A DNA stretch of 39,573 nt from Paracoccaceae bacterium (GTDB lineage: Bacteria > Pseudomonadota > Alphaproteobacteria > Rhodobacterales > Rhodobacteraceae): the NCBI GenBank assembly GCA_002712045.1, contig PARX01000056.1:1-39573 (forward strand). Reading direction: 5' to 3'. Position numbers and translations under genes: made by a program. Under the pieces are notes generated by a model. That model was not told the DNA's origin, made no database searches, and worked only from the letters and a program-made list of their open reading frames with translations. Positions within the stretch are counted from its first letter, which is position 1. Each line of letters begins with the position of its first letter. Shown one piece after another: positions 19,563-29,784 of the stretch.

Positions 19563-21334
19563 AATTTTCTCTTATCAGCATAGACCTCTTTTTTATTTTG
19601 CATCTCTTCAAGTTCTAGACCATCAGCATCGAGACTATACCATTCAAATGCTTTTGCCATAACCCTACTAAAAACTGGTCCAGCTAATGTACCTCCAGAA
19701 TACCCTCTTTTTTTAAGAGGTTCATCAATGACTACTGCCATTACAAATCTTGGATTTGTTACTGGGCCTAAACCAACAAAAGAGCTCATATACTTATCTC
19801 TCAAATAACCTCCATTTACTGGATCTGTTTTCCATGTTGTACCTGTCTTTCCAGCTACACGATAACCATATACTTTTGCTTTTGGTGCTGTTCCATCATG
19901 ATCTGTTACGGATTCAAGCATTGTTAACATAGCTTTTGAAGTCTCAGGTGATAAAACCCTTTTACTTATCTTTAAATCATTACTTTTAATTAGAGATATA
20001 GGCACAAGTTTTCCTTGATTAGCAAAAACTGTATAAGCTTGCGCTGTTTGAATAAGTGTAGAACTTATACCATACCCATAACTTGCCCTAGAATGGTCTA
20101 TTTTTTTCCATTTTGTATGATTTCTTATGGTGCCTCTCACCTCACCAGGGAAATTAATGCCCGTTTTAACTCCATAACCAAATTTTTTCAACATTGTGGC
20201 TAAATTAATTTAGCTAATTTTTTGACTGATCTTTGCCGAACCTATATTCGAAGATACTTTAATTACATCTTTTACAGTTATTTCGCCATAAGCTTTATGA
20301 TCTTCAATCCATTTTCCTTCATATTTATACTTACCATTACCTGTATCTATTAAACTATCCTTTGTAATAATATTTTTTTCTAATGCAACTGCTAAACTTA
20401 TTGGTTTGATGGTAGAACCTGGTTCAAATACGTCAGTTACTGCTCGATTTTTGATAAATTTACCAACTTTATTATAGCCATTGGGGTTAAATGAGGGGTA
20501 ATTTGTCATTGCAAGAATCTCACCAGTTTTTGCATCCAACAAAACAGCTGAGCCTGATAGTGCTTCATGTTTTTCTATAGCTTTTCTAAGAGCATTATAA
20601 GCTTCATTTTGTAATCTCAAATCAATTGTTAGTCGTATATCCTCACCATCTTTTGGTAACTTTATAGCCTGAAATTCTCCTATAACTCTGGGAGTTCTTT
20701 TTCCATCTATAAGATTAATTTTTTTACCTTTTTCACCAGCAAGAGATTTATTCATTATCATTTCTATACCCTCTTGCCCATTTCCATCACTTCCAGTGAA
20801 TCCAACAACATGTGCAACAGGTCCGTTCTCAGGATAAAATCTTTTATATATTTTATTTGTACTAATACCTTTTATTCCAAGTTTCATAATTTTATTTTTG
20901 GTATCAGGAGAAATATTTTTTTTAAGTCGAACCGCTCTTCTCTTTTTATTTTTAAGTTTTTTATCTAAGTCTATTTCTCTCAACTTTAACAAACTAGCTA
21001 ATTTTTTCTTTTGCTTATTAAGAGTAGCTTGGGTATTTGAATCTTTATTTTTAAAATTAATTTTTGCTGCATCGCCTATTATTGAATAGACAGGAGTACT
21101 TTCAGCTAAAAGCGAACCATTTCGATCTAAAATCTTACCCCTATAAGGATATAAATCTAGTTCTCTATGTTGCCTTTGCCTAGATTCTTTTTGAAGTTTA
21201 TTTTTTTCAAATGCTGCAAGTTTAATTGCTTGTGCAAATAAAACTAAAAACATTCCAAGTATTAATATTAAAACTATGCGTCTCCTAGCTTTTGATAACT
21301 CAAAATATTCTTTTCTTGATCTAATTTTATTCAT
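19559..21334 (-). CDS. ftsI: Penicillin-binding protein 3 (FtsI), interrupted by in-frame TAA at 20210-20212
   Basis: TM anchor, RGKILDRNG, FEPGSTIK (SxxK) and SSN before the stop; same frame continues INLATMLKKFG...VAGKTGT. About 591 aa when joined. Confidence 0.95.
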
Positions 21335-21588
21335 TTAATAATCACTTTTTTTTCTTCCTTACTAGGAACACGCATATTCAATTTATGTTTGGCAGATTTT
21401 TCAATTATTTCAATTCTTGATTCAGACGATTCCTCAATTCTTAGCATCGTTTGCTGGTCTTTTAAATCTAAAGTTTTCTTATTTTCTTCATCTAATTCAG
21501 CATAATTATTTCTCGTTTGATGCTTAAAATTAACTGTAGTTAATGCAAAAATAATCAAGACAACAAATAAAATTAAATTTAATTTCAT
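21331..21588 (-). CDS. ftsL: Cell division protein FtsL
   Basis: 85 aa, TM plus coiled coil, ending AKHKLNMRVP; between rsmH and ftsI. Confidence 0.85.
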   Translation of the reverse strand: MKLNLILFVVLIIFALTTVNFKHQTRNNYAELDEENKKTLDLKDQQTMLRIEESSESRIEIIEKSAKHKLNMRVPSKEEKKVIIK

Positions 21589-21589
21589 T

Positions 21590-22528
21590 TCATTTTGCCT
21601 CCATTACTTTTTCTATTACTCTCAATTTTTCACTTCTAGATCTTGGATTTTGTTTGATTTCTTCTAAATTAGGAATAATCATTTTTTGTACAATCTTAAA
21701 AGGTGCTAATTTTATTTCCGATAACTTGATTGGAATTTTTTTTGAAATAAAATCTGTTTTCATTTGAAGTTTTGTATAATTTTTTACAATTCGATCTTCT
21801 AATGAATGAAAACTTATCACTACTAATCGACCCTTCGGTTTCAAGGATTTAAAAGCTATTGGTAGAGCATTCTCTAACTCTTCAATCTCTTTGTTAACGT
21901 AAATTCTTAAAGCCTGAAATGTTTTTGTTGAAGGATCTTTTTTTGAATTTTTTATTGGGACCGTATTTTTGATTAATTCAGCTAATTCCAATGTCTTTTT
22001 TATTGGGCCCTCATTTTCTCTATACTTAATGATTGCTTTGACAATTTTTTTTGCAAACTTCTCTTCTCCGAAGTTTCTGAGTATATCTACCAAGTCTTTC
22101 TCTTTATATGTATTTAAAACTTCTGCAGCAGTTATTCCTTTACTTTGATCCATTCTCATATCTAAAAATGCATTAGACTTAAAACTAAATCCCCTTTTAG
22201 CTTCGTCGACTTGTGGTGATGAAATTCCTAAGTCCATTAAAATACCATCCAGTTTTTTAATATTTTTTTTTTTTAATATTTTGTCCATTTCTGAAAAAGC
22301 ACAGTGATGAATTTCAAATCTTTTATCTTTTATCTTCTTTCCTTCATTTATTGCATCTAAATCTTTATCTAAAGCTATTAAGCGGCCTTCACTGTCAAGT
22401 AATTTTAATATTTCCTTTGAATGTCCTCCTCTACCAAAAGTGCAGTCAAGATATATTCCATTTGATAAAATAGACAAAGCATCGATCGTCTCTACTAACA
22501 TAACGGGAATATGAGAATTTACTTTCAC
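21590..22528 (-). CDS. rsmH: 16S rRNA C1402 N4-methyltransferase
   Basis: HIPVM, DCTFGRGGHS, DLGISSPQ, LDMRMD, FQALRI, ISFHSLEDR and NPRSRS motifs. Confidence 0.97.
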   Translation of the reverse strand: MKVNSHIPVMLVETIDALSILSNGIYLDCTFGRGGHSKEILKLLDSEGRLIALDKDLDAINEGKKIKDKRFEIHHCAFSEMDKILKKKNIKKLDGILMDLGISSPQVDEAKRGFSFKSNAFLDMRMDQSKGITAAEVLNTYKEKDLVDILRNFGEEKFAKKIVKAIIKYRENEGPIKKTLELAELIKNTVPIKNSKKDPSTKTFQALRIYVNKEIEELENALPIAFKSLKPKGRLVVISFHSLEDRIVKNYTKLQMKTDFISKKIPIKLSEIKLAPFKIVQKMIIPNLEEIKQNPRSRSEKLRVIEKVMEAK

Positions 22529-22962
22529 AAAGAAAATCCTCCTAATTCATCAGGCAGCTCTTCTTTATCATTAATTTTAATTTGTTTGATTTGTTTGCTC
22601 CATGCTTCTTTACTCCAAAGCTCAAAATGACTTCCTTGGCCAACAAACATTAAAGTTCTATTAATAGATGCATAGTCTCTTAAAGCAGCAGAAATTAATA
22701 ATCTGCCAGCATTATCAGAAGACACATCTTCTGCATAACCGACTAATAATCTTTGTAATCCACTTGATTTTCTATCAAAACTAGATAATTGCATTACTTT
22801 TTGCTTAATAGGATTCCAAGCGGCGACAGGATATAAAAGAAGACACCCATGAGGGTGTGCAGTCAATACTAGTGGTCCAGTTAATAATTCCTCTCGATAT
22901 TTAGTTGGAATTGCTAACCTATTTTTTCCATCAATATTTAGAAGTGTTGCGCCTTTAAACAT
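22525..22962 (-). CDS. mraZ: Transcriptional regulator MraZ
   Basis: MFKG, DGKNRLAIP, DNAGRLLI and FELW motifs; first gene of the dcw cluster. Confidence 0.96.
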   Translation of the reverse strand: MFKGATLLNIDGKNRLAIPTKYREELLTGPLVLTAHPHGCLLLYPVAAWNPIKQKVMQLSSFDRKSSGLQRLLVGYAEDVSSDNAGRLLISAALRDYASINRTLMFVGQGSHFELWSKEAWSKQIKQIKINDKEELPDELGGFSL

Positions 22963-22972
22963 ATGTGTACCT

Positions 22973-23023
22973 AAAAAGATGGGAAATTACTGAACGCCCT
23001 TAGTCTCGTTTAATAATTTCCCA
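22973..23023 (-). terminator. Terminator-like hairpin with U-tract in the mraZ 5' leader
   Basis: Arms 22980-22996 and 23007-23023 form a 17-bp stem (one mismatch, one G-U on the mRNA) with a 10-nt loop, followed by UCUUUUU. Confidence 0.55.
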
Positions 23024-23054
23024 CAAATAACCACTTTTTCCCCTACAATTCCAC
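23021..23054 (-). promoter_or_regulatory. MraZ operator: four GTGG-type direct repeats at 10-nt period
   Basis: Minus strand reads GTGG-N6-AGGG-N6-GTGG-N6-GTGG, matching the known MraZ box architecture. Confidence 0.85.
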
Positions 23055-23081
23055 TATAGGCAAAAAAAAGATCTTTTGCAA
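23053..23081 (-). promoter_or_regulatory. Sigma70 promoter of the dcw operon
   Basis: TTGCAA (23081-23076), 17-nt spacer, TATAGT (23058-23053); overlaps the first MraZ box. Confidence 0.75.
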
Positions 23082-23280
23082 CACTTTTTATAAAAAATTA
23101 TTATTCTTCAATTAGTTAAAGCATTTTAAATGCCAAAATTAAATATCGTATTTGACTAAATTTCATCTTTTGCCAGATAAAATAATAGTAGAATTAATGT
23201 TTTTTTTAATTAGAAGCTGGAAAAAAATATAGAGATAAATTAGCTTTTATCGAAAAAATATATGGTAAACAATATAATTT

Positions 23281-23569
23281 TTAAGTTGACCGATAAGCCG
23301 GGTTCTGTCTGGGACAGTCATTCATCTAGGCATACAATTACTTATATGCTCAAGCAGCCTACCCGGTAGCAACACGAGCAATGTTAATGCTACCCTATTT
23401 GGCCTTGCTCCGAGTGGAGGTTACCGCGTTTCACCGTAACTTAATACGCTCGTCTCTGTGGCCCTGTTCCTCACCTTACGGCGTATGGCTGTTAGCCATC
23501 ACTCTGCTCTTTGGAGCCCGGACTTTCCTCTACATAGAAAACTATATAGCGACTGTCTGGTCAACTTAA
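23281..23569 (-). ncRNA. rnpB: RNase P RNA (bacterial type A, compact)
   Basis: Minus strand has GAGGAAAGTCCGGGCTCC and ACAGAACCCGGCTTAT, with terminal P1 pairing TTAAGTTGACC/GGTCAACTTAA; GC-rich island. Confidence 0.97.
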
Positions 23570-23590
23570 GTATTTATTTTACACTCTTAA

Positions 23591-24625
23591 CTAAATTTCT
23601 GATAATTGCCAGGATAAAGTTTCGTCTGCAAACAGAGGGATTATTTCTTCGTTTCCTACTTGAATTCTAGCTGGTATTCTAAAATCTTTTTTTGTTAGTT
23701 TGATCTTTAAATTATTAGGAGGTAGTTCATAAAAATCAGCTCCATATTTACTGCTAAAATTTTCCAATTTATCTAATGCATTTTCTGTTTCAAAAATTGA
23801 AGCATATAATTCCATTGCGGACAAGGCTGAATAAATACCTGCACATCCACAACTACTTTCTTTTTCATGTCTAAAGTGAGGTGCGCTATCAGTTCCAAGA
23901 AAGAATTTAGGAGATCCCGAAGTAGCCGCTTTTACTATTGCTACTCGATCTTCAGATCTTTTGAGAATTGGTAAACAATAATGATGTGGTTTAATTCCAT
24001 GAGATAGTAAGTCATTTCTATCAAACAGTAGGTGTTGAGGGGTAATAGTTGCAAATACTTTGTCTCCAGAATCAATAACGAATTCTGCTGCTTCTTTCGA
24101 AGAAATATGTTCAACAACAATCCTTAAATTTGGAAATTCTTGATGTATTTGACTTAAATTTCTATCAATAAAAACTTTCTCTCTATCAAAAATATCTACA
24201 TTTTTATCATTAGATTCAGCATGAACTAGCAAAGGTACATCGTATTTTTGCATTAGCTCAAAAATCTTGAAACAATTTTCTATCACATCGACCCCATCTT
24301 TTGAGTTTGTGGTTACACCTGACGGATATAATTTAATACCATGAACTATATTGGAATCACTTACTTTCTTTATTTCATCACTATTTAATTCGTCATTAAA
24401 AAAAAGAGTCATCAATGGTTCAAAATTTAAATCTTCAATATTCTTTTTAATCTCTTGATAATAAATTTCGGCTAGATGAACAGTTTTAATAGGATTTTTT
24501 AAATTTGGCATCACAATTGCTCTAGCAAATTGTTTCTGTGTGTCTTTCACAACATGTTTTAGAACATCTCCTTCACGAAGATGAAGATGCATATCGTCAG
24601 GCTTTATAATAATTAATTCTGTCAT
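23591..24625 (-). CDS. pyrC: Dihydroorotase (type II)
   Basis: PDDMHLHLR, VMPNL, KLYP, TPQHL, CLPILK and FLGTDSAPH motifs. Confidence 0.97.
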   Translation of the reverse strand: MTELIIIKPDDMHLHLREGDVLKHVVKDTQKQFARAIVMPNLKNPIKTVHLAEIYYQEIKKNIEDLNFEPLMTLFFNDELNSDEIKKVSDSNIVHGIKLYPSGVTTNSKDGVDVIENCFKIFELMQKYDVPLLVHAESNDKNVDIFDREKVFIDRNLSQIHQEFPNLRIVVEHISSKEAAEFVIDSGDKVFATITPQHLLFDRNDLLSHGIKPHHYCLPILKRSEDRVAIVKAATSGSPKFFLGTDSAPHFRHEKESSCGCAGIYSALSAMELYASIFETENALDKLENFSSKYGADFYELPPNNLKIKLTKKDFRIPARIQVGNEEIIPLFADETLSWQLSEI

Positions 24626-25458
24626 TTTTTTAATTCCAATGCTTGATTATAAACTTCCTTTTTATTTTTTTTAAAAATTTTAGAAATAAGTTTTACTGAT
24701 TGATTTAAAGGTAATTCCTTTATCATAACCTCTAAAGCTTTATCTAAAGATAATGTTTTAAAATTTTCAATCTCTCTTATTTTTCCATCAAAGATGATAA
24801 CAAATTCTCCTTGTTGCTCTTCAGGATGACTTTCCAGTTTCTTTATTATAGATTCAATATTATCTTTATAAATTGTTTCATATATCTTGCTTAACTCTCT
24901 CGCAATAAATAACTTATAAGAAGAACCGAAAATATTTTTTATTAAAGAAAGAGTTTTCATAATTCTATGTGGTGATTCAAAAATAATTGTTGGTAAATCT
25001 TGATTATATATTTCCTCTAAGACTTTCTTACATTTTCCCGATGTATTTGGAAGAAAGCCAAAAAATTTAAATTGAGTTGTCTGGACTCCTGATACAGAAA
25101 AAGCTGAAGTAATTGAAGATGGTCCAGGAATTGGGGAAACTTTGATATCTTTTTCTAAGGCTTGATTTACCAAAAAAGCACCTGGATCACTTACAGCAGG
25201 TGTTCCTGCATCTGATACAAATGCAACTGAATTACCATTTAATAATAAATTAATTAAAAAATCAGTTTTATTTTTTTCATTGTGTTGATGGAGGGATATC
25301 AATTTTTTATTAATTTTGAAATGACTTAACAACCTACTAGTTTTTCTAGTGTCTTCACAAGCAACAATATCAACTTTTTTTAAAACTTCTATAGCTCTAA
25401 AAGTAATATCGTCGAGATTACCAATAGGTGTTGCAACAAGGTATAAGTATGTTTCCAT
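24622..25458 (-). CDS. rsmI: 16S rRNA C1402 2'-O-methyltransferase
   Basis: LYLVATPIGNL, ACEDTR, SDAGTPAVSDPG and FESPHR motifs. Confidence 0.96.
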   Translation of the reverse strand: METYLYLVATPIGNLDDITFRAIEVLKKVDIVACEDTRKTSRLLSHFKINKKLISLHQHNEKNKTDFLINLLLNGNSVAFVSDAGTPAVSDPGAFLVNQALEKDIKVSPIPGPSSITSAFSVSGVQTTQFKFFGFLPNTSGKCKKVLEEIYNQDLPTIIFESPHRIMKTLSLIKNIFGSSYKLFIARELSKIYETIYKDNIESIIKKLESHPEEQQGEFVIIFDGKIREIENFKTLSLDKALEVMIKELPLNQSVKLISKIFKKNKKEVYNQALELKK

Positions 25459-25523
25459 AAAAAAATTTAAGATTTAATTAATTTAGTTTCTAAAAAAATT
25501 ATTTAGTTATATAATTATTATTA

Positions 25524-26117
25524 ATGAAATCATACAAGCTTTTCATACTTTTTATTTTATTTATCACTCACTTGATTGGTTGTGCTCCATCAACAATTAC
25601 TGCAATACCACTATCAATTGCAGATAGAAGGTCAACTGAAGCGCAGGTTATTGATAACAAAATATTTTTAGCTGCATGGAACCCAATTCAAGAAATTGCT
25701 GATAATGCTAATCAAAAAATTCATTTTAATTTATTATCATATAATCAGACTATTCTTATTGTGGGACAATCTCCGAGTGAAGATATCAAAAATCAAGTAA
25801 CGGATGTTGTTCAAAAAATTAAAGATGTGAAAGCAGTTCACAATAAAATGACCGTCGGTAAAATTAATACCATAAAACAACGTGCAAAAGATACAGTAAC
25901 AACTACTAATCTTAAAACAAGATTATTTTTAAAAATTAAAAACGAAGTACATCCATTTCATGTCAAAATTGTAACTGAAAATGATATTGTATACTTGCTC
26001 GGGATAGTTAACGACAAAGAGGCTGATGAAGCAATAAGTGTTGCTAAGTCATCAAAAGGTGTTAAATTAGTGGTGCCTTTGTTTGAATTAGATGAAAGTG
26101 TTAAAAATAAATATTGA
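25524..26117 (+). CDS. Dual-BON-domain lipoprotein (DolP/YraP-like)
   Basis: Signal peptide with lipobox LIGC, DRRS, and two BON repeats (KIVTENDIVYLLG); divergent from rsmI. Confidence 0.85.
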   Translation: MKSYKLFILFILFITHLIGCAPSTITAIPLSIADRRSTEAQVIDNKIFLAAWNPIQEIADNANQKIHFNLLSYNQTILIVGQSPSEDIKNQVTDVVQKIKDVKAVHNKMTVGKINTIKQRAKDTVTTTNLKTRLFLKIKNEVHPFHVKIVTENDIVYLLGIVNDKEADEAISVAKSSKGVKLVVPLFELDESVKNKY

Positions 26118-26220
26118 TTATAATTTTTTTATGCTTTATCATTTAATTTCAAGTAATACATCATTAAACCAAACACCATAATTTCATATTAAATAATTGT
26201 AAAACTAAATCAAAATAATT

Positions 26221-26547
26221 ATGAGTAACAATATATCTCATCTAACCGATGAAACATTTGAAGAAGAAGTGCTTCAATCAAACATACCAGTATTAGTAGA
26301 TTATTGGGCAGAGTGGTGTGGGCCTTGTAAAATGATTGCACCTATTCTAGATTCATTAACGGATGAATATGAGGGAAAATTGAAAATATCTAAACTAAAC
26401 ATAGATGATAATCAAAAAACTCCTCAAAAATATGGTGTTCGAGGAATACCAACTCTAATGATTTTTAAAAATGGAAATGTTGAAGCTACAAAAGTTGGTG
26501 CTTTATCAAAATCTCAATTAACAGCTTTTATTGACAGTAATTTATAA
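26221..26547 (+). CDS. trxA: Thioredoxin 1
   Basis: [13 protein letters not shown] and GIPTL motifs; upstream of rho. Confidence 0.97.
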   Translation: MSNNISHLTDETFEEEVLQSNIPVLVDYWAEWCGPCKMIAPILDSLTDEYEGKLKISKLNIDDNQKTPQKYGVRGIPTLMIFKNGNVEATKVGALSKSQLTAFIDSNL

Positions 26548-26551
26548 AAAT

Positions 26552-27808
26552 ATGCATTTATCAGACTTAAAACACTTACCCGTTGCCGAAATTGTAGATT
26601 TAGCAATAGCAGATAAAATAGAAAATACAGGAAGAATGCGCAAACAAGATCTTATTTTTGCCATTCTAAAAAATAAAGCTAAAAATGGTGAAACTCTAGC
26701 TGGTGACGGAACATTAGAAGTTCTTCAAGATGGATTTGGCTTTTTAAGATCTCCTGAAGCATCGTATTTAGCTGGCCCAGATGATATCTATGTATCACCT
26801 TCACAAATTAGACGTTTTAATCTTCATACTGGAGACACTATTGAAGGTGAGATTAGGACTCCAAAAGATAGTGAACGTTACTTTGCTTTAGTTAAAGTCG
26901 ATAAAGTTAATAACGATGCCCCAGAAAATACAAAAAATAAAATTTTATTTGAAAATCTAACGCCTTTATTCCCAACTGAGCCACTTACTCTTGAGAGAGA
27001 GACAGGAGGAGAAGAAAATAATACTAGCCGTGTCATTGATATGATAGCTCCTATTGGTAAAGGTCAACGTGGTCTTATTGTTGCTAGTCCCAAAAGTGGT
27101 AAAACTGTGATGTTACAAAATATCGCCCACGCAATAACTTCTAATCACCCAGATGTTTCGTTAATAGTTTTATTAATTGATGAAAGACCTGAAGAAGTTA
27201 CTGAAATGACGCGTTCTGTTAAAGGTGAAGTTGTGGCATCAACTTTTGATGAACCTGCAACAAGACATGTTCAGGTTGCTGATATGGTTCTTGAAAAAGC
27301 AAAAAGATTAATTGAACATAAGAAGGACGTAGTCATTCTTCTCGATTCTATAACAAGATTAGCACGAGCTTATAATACTGTAATACCGTCATCTGGAAAA
27401 GTTCTTACTGGTGGAGTTGATGCTAATGCTCTTCAAAAACCTAAACGTTTTTTTGGAGCAGCAAGGAATATAGAAGAAGGTGGTTCTTTAACAATATTAG
27501 CAACAGCTTTAGTCGAAACTGGATCAAGAATGGATGACGTAATTTATGAAGAATTTAAAGGCACTGGTAATATGGAAATACATCTAGATCGTAAAATGGC
27601 TGAAAAAAGAACATATCCAGCTATTAATATTAACAAGTCAGGTACTCGACGTGAAGAATTATTAATACCACAAGATATTCTTCAAAAAATTTGGGTCTTA
27701 CGAAAATTACTCTATCCAATGGAGGATTTAGAAGCAATGGAGTTTTTATTAGATAAAGTAAAATCAACAAAAAATAATGATGACTTCTTTAATAGTATGA
27801 GAAAGTAA
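26552..27808 (+). CDS. rho: Transcription termination factor Rho
   Basis: MHLSDLK start at ATG 26552; [34 protein letters not shown] and [10 protein letters not shown] motifs. Confidence 0.98.
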   Translation: MHLSDLKHLPVAEIVDLAIADKIENTGRMRKQDLIFAILKNKAKNGETLAGDGTLEVLQDGFGFLRSPEASYLAGPDDIYVSPSQIRRFNLHTGDTIEGEIRTPKDSERYFALVKVDKVNNDAPENTKNKILFENLTPLFPTEPLTLERETGGEENNTSRVIDMIAPIGKGQRGLIVASPKSGKTVMLQNIAHAITSNHPDVSLIVLLIDERPEEVTEMTRSVKGEVVASTFDEPATRHVQVADMVLEKAKRLIEHKKDVVILLDSITRLARAYNTVIPSSGKVLTGGVDANALQKPKRFFGAARNIEEGGSLTILATALVETGSRMDDVIYEEFKGTGNMEIHLDRKMAEKRTYPAININKSGTRREELLIPQDILQKIWVLRKLLYPMEDLEAMEFLLDKVKSTKNNDDFFNSMRK

Positions 27809-27822
27809 AATAAAATAAATAA

Positions 27823-27851
27823 TTGATTTTTTTATAAAAATCAATGATAAT
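27823..27851 (+). promoter_or_regulatory. Putative sigma70 promoter of rpmE, containing an inverted repeat
   Basis: TTGATT-N17-GATAAT; palindrome ATTGATTTTT-N4-AAAAATCAAT at 27822-27845. Confidence 0.45.
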
Positions 27852-27882
27852 TCAATACTTCAAATTTATAACAGCATAAAAA

Positions 27883-28083
27883 ATGAAAAAAGATATACAT
27901 CCTGATTATCCAGAAGTTAATGTAGTCTGTAGTTGTGGAAATAAATTCACAACACGATCAACTATTGGTAAAGATATGACAATCGAAGTTTGTTCTAAAT
28001 GTCATCCTTTTTATACTGGAAAACAAAAAATTCTTGATACAGCTGGTAGAGTAGAAAAATTCAAACAAAAATATGGGATGTAA
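27883..28083 (+). CDS. rpmE: 50S ribosomal protein L31 (Zn-binding type A)
   Basis: [23 protein letters not shown] and GRVEKF motifs. Confidence 0.97.
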   Translation: MKKDIHPDYPEVNVVCSCGNKFTTRSTIGKDMTIEVCSKCHPFYTGKQKILDTAGRVEKFKQKYGM

Positions 28084-28103
28084 CATTACCAACATTAATT
28101 TCT

Positions 28104-28131
28104 AAAAAAAGCAGCCTAGCTGCTTTTTTTT
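28104..28131 (+). terminator. Intrinsic terminator after rpmE (bidirectional-looking)
   Basis: AAAAAAA-GCAGC-CTA-GCTGC-TTTTTTTT. Confidence 0.85.
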
Positions 28132-28148
28132 GTTTATGATGTCTTAAT

Positions 28149-29783
28149 ATGAAATTTGATCTTGAACATGACTGGCAAGGTAATATGTCAACACCCAGAA
28201 AAAATCTAGGTGAAAAAACTAAATTACATTTATTTTTTGTACTATCATTAATTTTTCTCTTGACGGGATTAATTGGCCATGAACCTTGGCGACCTCTTGA
28301 ATCAACTTCAATTAGCATTATTCTTGATATTGTACAAAATAATCACATAATTCTTCCAATGGCAGCAAGTGAAGATTTCATTACAAATCCACCTTTATAT
28401 GCCTATGTTGGAGCAGCATTTGGAAAACTTTTTTCACCAATACTTGACTTACATGATGCAGCTAGACTTTCTAATATTTTCTGGCTATCACTTACTTTAA
28501 TAAGTCTTGGCTTAATGACAAGAGAGTTATGGGGACAAGGTTTTGGGCGTCAGGCTGGTTTAATTTTCATAGGATCAGTTGGTTTAATATTAAATATTCA
28601 TAGCTTGATACCAGAAATAGCTACACTTTTAGGTTATACGATGAGTCTTTATGCTTTTTCGTTATATTTTAGAAGGCCTTTTAGGGCAAGTATGGTTCTT
28701 GGTTTTGGATCAAGTATAGCTTTTCTATCAGGAGGTATTGTTCCCTTATTAATTATCTTTTTAACGTCTTTATGTTTGCTAATTTTCAAGAATTGGAGAA
28801 ATAAAAGATATTTTATCTTTATTGCAATTTCATTTGTTATTAACCTCTTGATTATAACTCCATGGTTATTTTCTTTTAATTATTTACAACCTGATCTGTT
28901 TAATTCTTGGTTAACATCTCTAAGATTCTCATCAAAGTTATTATTCAATTATCACCTTCAAGGGATTTTATGGTTTACCTGGCCGGCCCTTCCATTATCA
29001 ATCTGGTTAATTATTAAAGACCACAAAGAAATCTTTAATAAGAAAAAACTACAAATTCCAATTATTTTCTTGCTAGTTTTACTAATTATATTATCAATAA
29101 CAAGCAAACCTAATCAAACAAACCTTATTCCTTTTACTATTCCTTTATCAATCATTGCAGTTGGCGCAATAGATAGATTAAATAGAAGTGCGGCAAGCGC
29201 CTTAAATTGGTTCGGTATCTTAATTTTTGGTTTTATTGGTTTTTTAATTTGGTTGGGTTGGTTTGCAATGATGACTGAGATACCTGAAAAAATTTATGAA
29301 CGTATGTTTTTTCAATCTGCAAATTATATTGCTGAATTCGAATTATTTAGTTTTATTTTTGCTGCAGTTATAACAGCATTATGGTTAGCTTCAATCATTA
29401 AATTTAAAATTACTAATCGATCAGTAATATCCAATTGGGCAATTTGGATTACAATGGTTTGGGTTACATTAATTATGCTTTGGACTCCATTCATTGATAA
29501 TCGTAAAGACTACAAATTAATTTTTACTGATGTAAAACAGCAACTTATAAAAAGTTCGACTTGTGTTTATGTCCATAATCTTTCAGATAGCCAAATAAAC
29601 TTATTACATTACTATACTGGGATTAAAGGTACTGATTCAAATTTAGAAAATAAAGCTTGTAGATTAGCCTTGATCTCATTAAAAAAATAAAAAGAAATAC
29701 CAGCAGAATATAAATTGTGGGGGGAGATTTGGACTGGAAAACGCTTAATTGATAAAAATTATTTTGTTTTATTAAATAAATAA
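28149..29783 (+). CDS. ArnT/PMT-like (GT-C) membrane glycosyltransferase; in-frame TAA at 29688-29690, frame continues to 29783
   Basis: GLIGHEPWRPLE, PPLY, LHDAARL, WFTWPALPL and LNWFG motifs with many TM helices. The 30-codon tail (KEIP...WTGKR...LNK) ends 1 nt from the fdsD stop. Confidence 0.8.
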
Positions 29784-29784
29784 G

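Noticed and set aside
23062..23069. Phase-variable poly(T)8 in the dcw promoter spacer
   Set aside because: Runs of 7-8 A/T are very common in this sequence and the operon is essential; there is no evidence of variation.
23082..23280. Hidden sRNA or small ORF between rnpB and the dcw promoter
   Set aside because: Extremely AT-rich, with no stable stem, terminator or credible ORF seen.
23381..23670. Plus-strand ORFs 23381..23569 and 23458..23670
   Set aside because: They are antisense shadows of the GC-rich RNase P RNA.
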